DNA of 63,997 bases, the filler included, from an uncultured bacterium (GTDB lineage Bacteria; CAYJOG01): the NCBI GenBank assembly GCA_964371695.1. It is 7 parts of 7 records of this genome, joined end to end, with 100 filler letters (N's around TTAATTAATTAA, not from the genome) between each part and the next. Parts side by side here need not be neighbours in the genome. Positions count along the whole stretch, not along the records: positions 1 to 9,870 come from CAYJOG010000065.1; positions 9,971 to 19,763 come from CAYJOG010000066.1; 5 more parts are not named here. The stretch is one strand, 5' to 3'. This document shows, one piece after another, positions 8,757-16,673 of the stretch. Positions within the stretch are counted from its first letter, which is position 1. Each line of letters opens with the position of its first letter. The position numbers and the translations under genes are program-made. Below the pieces are notes generated by a model. The model was not told where the DNA came from. It was given only the letters and a program-made list of their open reading frames with translations, and searched no databases.

Positions 8757-9210
8757 TGGCGACCTCCCCGGCGGCGGCCTTGACCTCGCCGTATTTTTCT
8801 TCCCACGGCGTGGCGATGCCTAGGGGGTCATCAATCAGGTCATCGTTTTCTTCCTGGCCCAGCAGGTCCATGAAGTCTTCCTGCTGGTCATCGGCGCTGA
8901 AAAGCGCCTTGGCCACGATGTATTCCCGCAGCTTTTGGTTGCTCTTGCTCACCTCGGTGCGAATGGCCTGGTTCACCAGTTCGTTCAAAAACAGGCCCGC
9001 CAGGTGCTCCATGGCCTTTTCGCCGGTTTCTTCCTGGGGTTTGAGCAGCACCCGCACGGCCTTTTTATCGCCTTCTTCCAGCCGCAGATAGGCGCGGTCC
9101 AGAAACACAAAGGCTGCGCCATAGACGGTTTCAAGGGGATAGAGCTTTGCCGGGAGTTCCACCACCACAAAGCCATTTTGGTGAGTAAAAAAAGAGGTTG
9201 GGTCAGTCAT
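8746..9210 (-). CDS. hxsD: His-Xaa-Ser system protein HxsD
   Basis: LYPLETVYGAAFVFLDRAY, FLNELVNQAIR, LREYIVAKAL, and acidic tail DDPLGIATPWEEKYG; sits in the hxs operon. Confidence 0.82.
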   Translation of the reverse strand: MTDPTSFFTHQNGFVVVELPAKLYPLETVYGAAFVFLDRAYLRLEEGDKKAVRVLLKPQEETGEKAMEHLAGLFLNELVNQAIRTEVSKSNQKLREYIVAKALFSADDQQEDFMDLLGQEENDDLIDDPLGIATPWEEKYGEVKAAAGEVASDG

Positions 9211-9337
9211 GAGGTGCTTTCTCGTTGCGATTGGAGCGATTTGGGGAGTATACCCACCGCCCCCTTCCAGCTAACAAAAGCCCAAAAGCCGCAGCCTTTC
9301 CGGTCAAAAACATCCCGGAAAGGTTCACAATGGCCCC

Positions 9338-9870
9338 ATGGCCAATTCACCGCAGCCGCCAGGAAAAGCCTCCGACGTTCTGGTGCGCCTGTTTTTGGTG
9401 CTGCTGCTGTCGCTTGGCGTCATCCGGTTTTTTCAGCGCCAGACCACCCCTCCCCCAAAGCACACAGCCCTGGTCTGCGGCCTGCTCAAACGACACAACA
9501 CACTGCCCCTTTTTGGCGGCGCGGGCCACCTGCACCGTCTGCCCCAGCCTGTGGCCTGGAAAGCCGCGCCGGAGTTGGCCAAAGACGCCCTGGCCGTGAC
9601 CAGACACATTCACCGCGCCACGGGCATCCGTTTCAAACCATGGCCCGACCAAGCCCCCCTGCCCCGCCACGGCATATTTTTCACCTTTGGCCAAGCCAGA
9701 AACGCCGATGGTTCACCGGGCTGCGGTCAGGCGGTGGACTTTCAGAAAAGGGGCCTGACGCGGCTGGTGGTTCCGGCCCGACCTGTCAAAACCTGCCCTG
9801 CGCGGCGACTCATCCTGTTGCACGAACCATTCACGCCCTGGGTTTTGCCGGCCACATCGCGGGTAACTCC
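9338..9870 (+). CDS. Membrane-anchored metzincin-like metallopeptidase, 3'-truncated, with apparent 1-nt frameshift near 9826
   Basis: N-terminal TM segment. LILLHE in one frame continues as TIHALGFAGH in another; adding one A to CACGAACCATTCAC gives HETIHALGFAGH. Confidence 0.55.
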
Positions 9871-9970
9871 NNNNNNNNNNNNNNNNNNNNNNNNNNNNNN
9901 NNNNNNNNNNNNNNTTAATTAATTAANNNNNNNNNNNNNNNNNNNNNNNNNNNNNNNNNNNNNNNNNNNN
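9871..9970. other. Artificial scaffold spacer; also at 19764-19863, 29515-29614, 39220-39319, 48866-48965 and 58469-58568
   Basis: Identical N44-TTAATTAATTAA-N44 linkers with stops in all frames. Internal scaffold lengths fall steadily (9793, 9651, 9605, 9546, 9503), as in a size-sorted concatenation. Confidence 0.98.
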
Positions 9971-9971
9971 G

Positions 9972-10127
9972 CGGGGCGGCCACACCACCGTGGTGGAACT
10001 GCTGGTGCTACACGGCGCACCCCTGTGGCAGACCGGCCAGGGGGGCCTCACGCCCCAGTCCCTGGCCACCCGCCTGGGCAAAAGCCAACTGGCGGATTGG
10101 CTCAGACGCAAGGCCCAGGGGCGTTAA
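9972..10127 (+). CDS. 3' end of an ankyrin-repeat protein (5'-truncated)
   Basis: Manual translation RGGHTTVVELLVLHGA...GGLTPQSLATRLG...* matches the ankyrin consensus. Confidence 0.65.
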   Translation, partial: RGGHTTVVELLVLHGAPLWQTGQGGLTPQSLATRLGKSQLADWLRRKAQGR

Positions 10128-10960
10128 ACAATCTTCTCCGCTTCCATGTCCCGTCGGTTCTGCACCACGGCCAAGCGATAGTTTTTACCCGGCCAGAACG
10201 AAAAGGCGATGGCCCTCAAAAAATCCATGGGAATGGCCACCGTGGTGCCCGTGGCGGCGGGTTTACCGCCGGTGGGGCGCGTCATGGTGCGAAACACCCA
10301 GTCCCACAACGTGAGAAATCCGCCAAAGTTGGTGTCGCGTTGTTTCAGGTCGGTGCTGTGGTGCCAGTGGTGATATTCCGGCGTCACCACCACCCATTTC
10401 AGCGGCCCCCATTTCAGCCGCAGGTTGCTGTGGGTGAAGTCTCCCAGCAGAAACCAGCCAAAGGGAACCACGGTGACCGCCCCCAGTGGAAACCCCAGCC
10501 AGAGGAGCGGCGCAATCTGGGCGGTGCGCAGAAACACCAGTTCCAGCGGATGCACCCGCGTGGCAGCCAGCCAGTCCACGCGGGGGCTGGAATGATGCAC
10601 GGCGTGCAGCGGCCACAACCATTTGGTGTGCAACGCCCGGTGCGCCCAGTAATCAAAAAACGTGGCGCTCAAAAAAGCCAGGGCCGCTGAAGCCCCCACC
10701 GGCAAGGCCGCCAGAGCCTGCCGCACCGGCGGCGGCCCCAGGGGCGCGAGGCCGCCGTGCAGCAGCTTCACCCACCAGGTCACCTCCACAAACAACAACC
10801 CCCAGGCCATGAAAAAAAACGCCACGTCGCTTTGCCACCAGCGGCGGAACACGCCCCGCCAGGGCCAAGCCCCGAAGCGTTTTTCCAGCGGCACAAACAC
10901 CAGCGCCATGACGCAAAAAATAAAAAGCGGATTAAAAAAGATGGGCGGCGGCGGCCCCAT
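10124..10960 (-). CDS. Sterol desaturase / fatty acid hydroxylase family protein
   Basis: His boxes YWAHRALH, LHAVHHS, FTHSN and HHWHHS; membrane segments. Confidence 0.9.
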   Translation of the reverse strand: MGPPPPIFFNPLFIFCVMALVFVPLEKRFGAWPWRGVFRRWWQSDVAFFFMAWGLLFVEVTWWVKLLHGGLAPLGPPPVRQALAALPVGASAALAFLSATFFDYWAHRALHTKWLWPLHAVHHSSPRVDWLAATRVHPLELVFLRTAQIAPLLWLGFPLGAVTVVPFGWFLLGDFTHSNLRLKWGPLKWVVVTPEYHHWHHSTDLKQRDTNFGGFLTLWDWVFRTMTRPTGGKPAATGTTVAIPMDFLRAIAFSFWPGKNYRLAVVQNRRDMEAEKIV

Positions 10961-11024
10961 GGCGCGAGGTCATTTTATCACCGAGGCATGGGTGCCTGCT
11001 TTGTCGGGCCTGTTGTTGCAGCAC

Positions 11025-11056
11025 AAAAAAAACCGCCCCGGTTGGAGCGGTTTTTG
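11025..11056 (-). terminator. Rho-independent terminator downstream of pnp
   Basis: Minus strand reads CCGCTCC-AACC-GGGGCGG followed by T8. Confidence 0.8.
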
Positions 11057-11080
11057 ATTCACAAAAAGTGAGCGTGACCG

Positions 11081-13360
11081 TCAGTCTTTGTCGCTCTTGG
11101 GTGCGTCGGTGCGGGGGCCGCGGTCGCGGTCGCCATAACGGGGGCGATCCCCTCCCCGGTCCCTGTCTCCATAGCGGGGCCGGTCACCACCCCGGTCCCG
11201 GTCCCGACTACCGCCGCCACGGGGGCCACGGTCACGGTCGCTGGGGGGCGGGGGGGTCCAGCCCTCCGGGGGTTCCGTCGTCTCGCGGATGCTCAGGCTC
11301 ACGCGGGAGCCGTCGTCACTGATCTCGCGCACCTTCACCTTCACCGCTTGGTTCAGGCTCAGCACGTCTTCCACCCGGCCAACACGTTCATAGCTGATCT
11401 GGCTGATGTGGACCAGACCGTCTTTGTTGGGGCCGACTTCCACCACTGCGCCGATGGGCAGGATGCGCTTGACCACGCCGTCATAAATCTTGCCCACTTC
11501 CAGGTCGGTCACGAGGTCTTCAATCATGGCCTTGGCCTTGTTGGACTTTTCGGCGTCGCTGGAATAGATGAGCACCACGCCGTTGTCGCCGTCCACCTCG
11601 ATTTCCGTCTCGCTTTCGGCCTGAAGTTTGCGAATGGTTTTGCCGCCAGGGCCAATGACCAGACCGATTTTCTCTTTGTCAATGCGCACCTGGGTGATGC
11701 GCGGGGCGTTGGGGTTCAGTTCCGGGCGGGCTGCGGCCAGCACTTCGTTCATCTTGCCCAGAATGTGCATCCTGCCCTGGCGGGCCTGCTCCAGCGCCTC
11801 GGCCATGACCTCTTTGCTCAGGCCATGAATCTTGATGTCCATTTGCAGGCTGGTGATGCCCTTTTCGGTGCCCGCCACCTTGAAGTCCATGTCACCCAGG
11901 GCGTCTTCCATGCCCTGAATGTCGCTGAGCACGGCGTTTTGGCCGTCTTTGCTCACCAGACCCATGGCGATGCCCGCCACGGGGCGCTTGATCGGCACGC
12001 CGGCGTCCATCAGAGACAGGCTGCTGCCGCACACGCTGGCCATGGAACTGGAGCCGTTGCTCTCAAGGATTTCGCTCACCACCCGCAGGGTGTAGGGAAA
12101 TTCCTCTTCGCTGGGCAGCATGGGTTCCAGCGCACGCTCGGCCAAGTGACCATGGCCGATTTCGCGGCGGCCCGGCGGACCCAACCGGCGCGCCTCGCCC
12201 ACACAAAAGGGCGGGAAGTTGTAATGGTGCATATAGCGTTTTGAATCTTCGAGGGTGAGGTTGTCGATGATCTGCGCCTCGCCCTTGGTGCCCAGTGTGG
12301 TCACTGAGAGCGCCTGGGTCTGGCCCCGGGTGAACAGAGCGCTGCCATGGGTGCGGCCCAGCACGCCCACACGCACGTCAATGGGGCGGATTTCTTCGCG
12401 CTTGCGGCCATCGGGGCGCACGCCTTCTTTCAGGATGCGATCCCGAACGGTGTCCTTGATGAGCTTGCCATAGGCTTCCTGGGCGTCTTTCAGGCGGCCA
12501 TCGGTGGCCCACTCGGCGGGGGCGGCTTCGCCGATGGTTTTGCCCAGGGCGTCCAGCGCCTGCTGACGCTCGGTTTTGTCAAAAACAAACGCGGCCTCGC
12601 GCAGTTTGTCGCCCACGGTGTTTTTCACATGGGTCACCACTTCTTCAGAAATTTCCTTGGGTATGAAGACCCGTTTGGGCTGGGCGGCCAGGCCGGCGAG
12701 TTCTTCCTGCATGCGCAGCATCTGGCGCAGGTTGTCGTGAGCCAGGCCAATGCCCTCGATGATCTGGGCTTCGGGAATCTCGTTGGCGCCGCCTTCCACC
12801 ATCATCAGCGCGTCGTCAGACCCGCAGACAAAAAAGTCCATGTCGGCGTGTTCCATGTCGTGCAGGCTGGGGTTGAGCGTGAACTGGCCGTTCAGCAGGG
12901 CCACGCGGGAACCCGCCACCGGGCCGGTGAAGGGGATGTTGCTGATCATCAGCGCCGCGCCGGTGGCCAACAGGCCCAACACGTCCAGGGGAAAAGTGTG
13001 GTCGGTGGACAGCGTGTAGACCATCACCAGGGTTTCGCACCGGTAACCCTTGGGAAACAGGGGCCGGATGGGGCGGTCGATCATGCGACAGACCAGTGTG
13101 GCGCTTTCGCCGGGGCGGCCTTCGCGGCGGAAGAAACCACCGGGAATCTTGCCGCCCGCGTACATGCGTTCTTCAAAGTTGACAGTCAGCGGAAAAAAGT
13201 CCAGGCCTTCTCTGGCCTCTGGGGCGCTGACCACGGCGGCCAGCACGGTGTTTTTGCCACAGGTGGCCACCACTGCGCCGTGCGCCTGACGGGCCATGAG
13301 GCCCGTTTCTAGGGTGATTTCGTGGTTTCCCACGGTGTGTTTAATGACATGATGAGCCAT
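11081..13360 (-). CDS. pnp: Polyribonucleotide nucleotidyltransferase (PNPase)
   Basis: FFPLTV, GKIPGGF.RREGRP, RREIGHG, SNGSSSMAS, KH (VIGPGGK) and S1 domains; downstream of rpsO; AAAGGAG RBS. Confidence 0.98.
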   Translation of the reverse strand: MAHHVIKHTVGNHEITLETGLMARQAHGAVVATCGKNTVLAAVVSAPEAREGLDFFPLTVNFEERMYAGGKIPGGFFRREGRPGESATLVCRMIDRPIRPLFPKGYRCETLVMVYTLSTDHTFPLDVLGLLATGAALMISNIPFTGPVAGSRVALLNGQFTLNPSLHDMEHADMDFFVCGSDDALMMVEGGANEIPEAQIIEGIGLAHDNLRQMLRMQEELAGLAAQPKRVFIPKEISEEVVTHVKNTVGDKLREAAFVFDKTERQQALDALGKTIGEAAPAEWATDGRLKDAQEAYGKLIKDTVRDRILKEGVRPDGRKREEIRPIDVRVGVLGRTHGSALFTRGQTQALSVTTLGTKGEAQIIDNLTLEDSKRYMHHYNFPPFCVGEARRLGPPGRREIGHGHLAERALEPMLPSEEEFPYTLRVVSEILESNGSSSMASVCGSSLSLMDAGVPIKRPVAGIAMGLVSKDGQNAVLSDIQGMEDALGDMDFKVAGTEKGITSLQMDIKIHGLSKEVMAEALEQARQGRMHILGKMNEVLAAARPELNPNAPRITQVRIDKEKIGLVIGPGGKTIRKLQAESETEIEVDGDNGVVLIYSSDAEKSNKAKAMIEDLVTDLEVGKIYDGVVKRILPIGAVVEVGPNKDGLVHISQISYERVGRVEDVLSLNQAVKVKVREISDDGSRVSLSIRETTEPPEGWTPPPPSDRDRGPRGGGSRDRDRGGDRPRYGDRDRGGDRPRYGDRDRGPRTDAPKSDKD

Positions 13361-13568
13361 GTCTGCTCCTTTCGCGCTCCGGGCGGAAAGGGCCACTGAG
13401 AAAGTCGCAGGAGATCGTAAAAAGTAAACGACGACCTGACTACGCCTTTGCCGGCGGCCCCTTTTCGTGGGCGCATTTCGTAATTTTTTAATGCTCAGGA
13501 ATCAAGGTGGATTTTGGCGGCCCTCCTTTCCCCGAATGGAGCACAATCATAAAGTTTGTGGACTTTGA

Positions 13569-13637
13569 GTAGCGGCGACGCCCTCGTCGCCGTATTGATT
13601 TTTAGGCCATTTGGCGCGACGGGGGCGTCGCGCCTAC
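13569..13637. repeat. Inverted pair of GTAG-type REP-like hairpins
   Basis: GTAGCGGCGACGCCCTCGTCGCCG ... GGCGCGACGGGGGCGTCGCGCCTAC. Related GTAG hairpins occur near 19655 and 62112. Confidence 0.6.
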
Positions 13638-13672
13638 TCCAGGTATTTCAAAAATTGCTTTAGCGTTGCGGG

Positions 13673-14025
13673 TCAGATTTTCAGCTCGGCTTTCAGTTTG
13701 TCCAGCACCTCGGGGTTGTTGCCCGCCAGATAACGCATCAGGCGGCGGCGCTGCCCCACCATCCGGAGCAGGCCCCGGCGGCTGGAGTGGTGGTTTTTTT
13801 TGAGCTTCAGGTGGTCGTTGTTGTCGGGGTTGCGGTGGGGGGGGATGGGGATCTGCACNNNNNNNNNNAGACGACGGTCGTCTCGGCCACGGCCCGCAGG
13901 CGCTCGTTGATGTCGCGGATGCGCTGGGTGAGCATGGCGATCTGCACTTCAGCCGATCCGTTGTCACCCGGCTTTTGCTGCCAAGTGGTGATGATTTCGC
14001 GTTTCTTCTCTTTAAGAAGAGCCAT
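13673..14025 (-). CDS. rpsO: 30S ribosomal protein S15 (broken by the assembly gap at 13859-13868)
   Basis: GSAEVQIAMLTQRI and HSSRRGLLRMVGQRRRLMRYL; AGGAGG RBS; upstream of pnp. Confidence 0.95.
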
Positions 14026-14212
14026 GGTGTCCTCCTGAAATGTGAATGACCAGAGCAGGCGGGCTCATTGCCTTGCCCCAGCGAAGCGCGCAGGCTAGCA
14101 CAAAACCGGGGCAAATACGAGGGACAGCCTCAGCGGCGTGCTTTTGGGTGGAGTGACGCCCATAACGCGCTGGCTCCAAACACCCCGACAGTGGTTCATC
14201 CGGCTTGAAATT

Positions 14213-14270
14213 GGTGGCTCAGGCATCTTGCCTGAGCTTTTAAAAACGCAGGCTGGAAGCCTGCGCTACC
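14213..14270. repeat. REP-like hairpin pair (GGTGGCxCAGGCATCxTGCCTG type)
   Basis: A near-identical hairpin occurs at 62256-62279. Confidence 0.55.
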
Positions 14271-14294
14271 ACTTTTTTAAAACCAGATAAACCA

Positions 14295-14708
14295 CTACGC
14301 CAGATGCAAACCCGGAAACAGCTCCTCCGGCACGGTGTGGGCCGGTTCATTCGGCACTTCGCCCACCACGCGGTTGTGATCGTCCAGAAACACCATTTTG
14401 GGCTTGAAGTCGCATAACTCAGCGGCATCGAACATGCCGTAGCTGATGATGATCACCTTGTCCCCCGGATGCACCAGCCGCGCCGCCGCGCCGTTCAGGC
14501 AAATGTCGCCCGCGCCGCGCTGGCCCTCAATCACATAGGTCTCAAACCGCGCCCCGTTGTTGCAGTTGACAATCTGCACCTTTTCATAGGGCAGCAAGTC
14601 CGCCGCCTCCATCAGGTCGGTGCTGATGGTGATGCTGCCCATGTAATTGAGGTTCGCCTGGGTGACGGTGGCGCGATGCAGCTTGCTTTTGGCCATGGTG
14701 CGGATCAT
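14295..14708 (-). CDS. panD: Aspartate 1-decarboxylase
   Basis: [10 protein letters not shown]...YMGSITI (G-S autocleavage site), [17 protein letters not shown]. Confidence 0.97.
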   Translation of the reverse strand: MIRTMAKSKLHRATVTQANLNYMGSITISTDLMEAADLLPYEKVQIVNCNNGARFETYVIEGQRGAGDICLNGAAARLVHPGDKVIIISYGMFDAAELCDFKPKMVFLDDHNRVVGEVPNEPAHTVPEELFPGLHLA

Positions 14709-15583
14709 TGGAGAGCCTCCTGTGGGGCAGGTTTTTGGGATGGTTTCGCTTCGTCGTTGTCAATCAGGCGGGTGCGGCCCAGGCGCACCGCCAGCAGCAG
14801 GCGCACGGGGGCGGTAATGGTTTTCACCGGCTCCAGCGTGTCCGGGTTCACGATGGCCACATAATCCACCCCCGCGCCGGGTGTGGCTTCTATCAGCTTC
14901 AGCATCTTGCGCCGCACGTTTTCTGCGCCCGTGGCCCCCGCAGCGATTTCTTTTTGCCCCAGGCGAATGGCCCGCACCAGACACAACGCGTCCTGCCGCT
15001 GTTTTGCGCTGAGATAAACGTTGCGGCTACTCAGCGCCAGACCGTCGTGTTCCCGCACCGTGGGCACGCCGTGCAGGCGCAGGGGCAGGTCCAGGTCGGC
15101 GACCATTTTTTTCATCAGGGTGAACTGCTGAAAGTCCTTGAGGCCAAACCACGCGTCGTGGGGCGCCACCGCCGTGAATAGCTTGAGCACCACCGTGCTC
15201 ACACCGGTGAAAAATCCGGGCCGGTGCGCGCCCTCCCAGCAGTCACCCATGGGGCCGGGGTGAACACGAAAACTGTGGCCGGGGGGATACATGGTGGCGG
15301 GGGTGGGATAAAACAGGGCGTCCACGCCGTGCTGGCGGGCCAGGGCGCGGTCGCGCCGGTCGTCGCGGGGATAGGTGGCGAAGTCTTCGTTCGGCCCAAA
15401 CTGTAGTGGATTCACGAAGATGCTCAGGACAAGGCGGTCGCAGTTTTTTCGCGCCTTTTCCAGCAGTTTGCCGTGGCCCGCGTGCAGATATCCCATGGTG
15501 GGCACAAACCCCACGCGGTGGCCCTGGCTCTGCCACTGCTGGCTCAGCTTTTGCATGGCCCTGGGAGAGGTGAGGGTTTTCAC
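14705..15583 (-). CDS. panC: Pantoate--beta-alanine ligase
   Basis: [44 protein letters not shown]. Start is GTG 15583, just after the panB stop. Confidence 0.96.
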   Translation of the reverse strand: MKTLTSPRAMQKLSQQWQSQGHRVGFVPTMGYLHAGHGKLLEKARKNCDRLVLSIFVNPLQFGPNEDFATYPRDDRRDRALARQHGVDALFYPTPATMYPPGHSFRVHPGPMGDCWEGAHRPGFFTGVSTVVLKLFTAVAPHDAWFGLKDFQQFTLMKKMVADLDLPLRLHGVPTVREHDGLALSSRNVYLSAKQRQDALCLVRAIRLGQKEIAAGATGAENVRRKMLKLIEATPGAGVDYVAIVNPDTLEPVKTITAPVRLLLAVRLGRTRLIDNDEAKPSQKPAPQEALQ

Positions 15584-15585
15584 GG

Positions 15586-16449
15586 TTACTCCGACACCAC
15601 CTTGAGAGGTGTTTTGGGCGTGGCCTGACCATAAGGCGCGGCGGCCTCCGACCCGGCGGCGATGGTGTGCTCGGCGGCGGGGAACTGATGATTTTTCACT
15701 TCCTGCACATAAGCCTTCACCGCCGTGCCCACGGCCCAGCGGCCATCCAGATATTTTTTGACAAAGCGTGGTGTCTTGCCCGGCGTGAGGCCGAGGTAGT
15801 CGTGCAGCACCAGCACCTGACCACTCACGTCTTTTCCCGCACCAATGCCGATGGTGGGAATGGTGAGCGATGCGGTGATCTCCCCCGCCACACCGGCGGG
15901 CACACATTCCAGCACCAGGGCGCTGGCCCCGGCCTCCTGCACCCGCAGGGCTTCTTCCTTGAGGTGTTCGGCCTCGGCGCGGGTTTTGCCCTGGGCCTTG
16001 TAGCCCCCCAACTGATGCACCGACTGGGGCGTGAGACCCAGGTGCCCCACCACGGGCACCCCCGCCTGCACCAGACCGCGAATCTGCGGCAGCACCGGCG
16101 TGCCGCCCTCCAGCTTCACCGCCTGACACCAGCCCTGCTGCATCATGCGGCAGCCCATGTCCACCGCCTGGGCGCGGCTCTTTTGATAGGTGTTGAAGGG
16201 CAAATCGGCGATGACGGGGATTTTTTTCACCCCCCGCGTAACGGCGCGGGTGAACAGTAGCATTTCGTCAAAAGTGACCTGCAGGGTGGTGGGATAACCC
16301 AGCAGCACCATGCCCGCGCTGTCGCCCACCAGAATGGCGTCCACGCCGTTTTCCTCCAGCAACGCAGCAAACAGCGCGTCATAGGCGGTGGAAACAACAA
16401 TCGCCTCCCCCTGCTCCTTTTTTTGCGCAAACACGGCAAGACCGGCCAT
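15586..16449 (-). CDS. panB: 3-methyl-2-oxobutanoate hydroxymethyltransferase
   Basis: TAYD, LVGDSAGMV, AVKLEGG, GHLGLTPQSV, TIGIGAG, GQVLV.HD. Confidence 0.97.
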   Translation of the reverse strand: MAGLAVFAQKKEQGEAIVVSTAYDALFAALLEENGVDAILVGDSAGMVLLGYPTTLQVTFDEMLLFTRAVTRGVKKIPVIADLPFNTYQKSRAQAVDMGCRMMQQGWCQAVKLEGGTPVLPQIRGLVQAGVPVVGHLGLTPQSVHQLGGYKAQGKTRAEAEHLKEEALRVQEAGASALVLECVPAGVAGEITASLTIPTIGIGAGKDVSGQVLVLHDYLGLTPGKTPRFVKKYLDGRWAVGTAVKAYVQEVKNHQFPAAEHTIAAGSEAAAPYGQATPKTPLKVVSE

Positions 16450-16673
16450 GACCGCCTCCTTTTTGGCTTTGGGGCCACCGCCTGTTTTGGGTCCTCTGCC
16501 TTTCGGCTCAAGGCCCGGCAGGGGCCGGGGAATAACGTCTGTCCGGTTCGTTGTGATACCGGCAGGAGAATTCTAGCACCCCCCACCGACTTCGGCAATT
16601 CAAAGGCGGTTTTGATAAGATGGTCCCTTCCATGAACGCCCCTTAACCGGGGCGCAAAGCAGGAGACTGGTGC

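Noticed and set aside
9871-9970. Recurrent TTAATTAATTAA motif flanked by Ns (six copies)
   Set aside because: Artificial scaffold linker. Genes on either side are not neighbours, so no cross-scaffold operon was inferred.
13807-13905. Apparent insertion or split in ribosomal protein S15
   Set aside because: The sequence on one side of the 10-N gap (GTGCAGATCCCCATCCCCCCCCACCGCAACCCCGAC) is an error-laden duplicate of the other side (GTGCAGATCGCCATGCTCACCCAGCGCATCCGCGAC). This indicates overlapping low-quality contig ends, not biology.
15584-16129. Long N-terminal extension of PanC in the ORF track (similarly for tmk, bioB, the GH57 gene and ilvD)
   Set aside because: These extensions overlap the adjacent gene or intergenic DNA; conserved sequence begins at the downstream starts used in the feature list.
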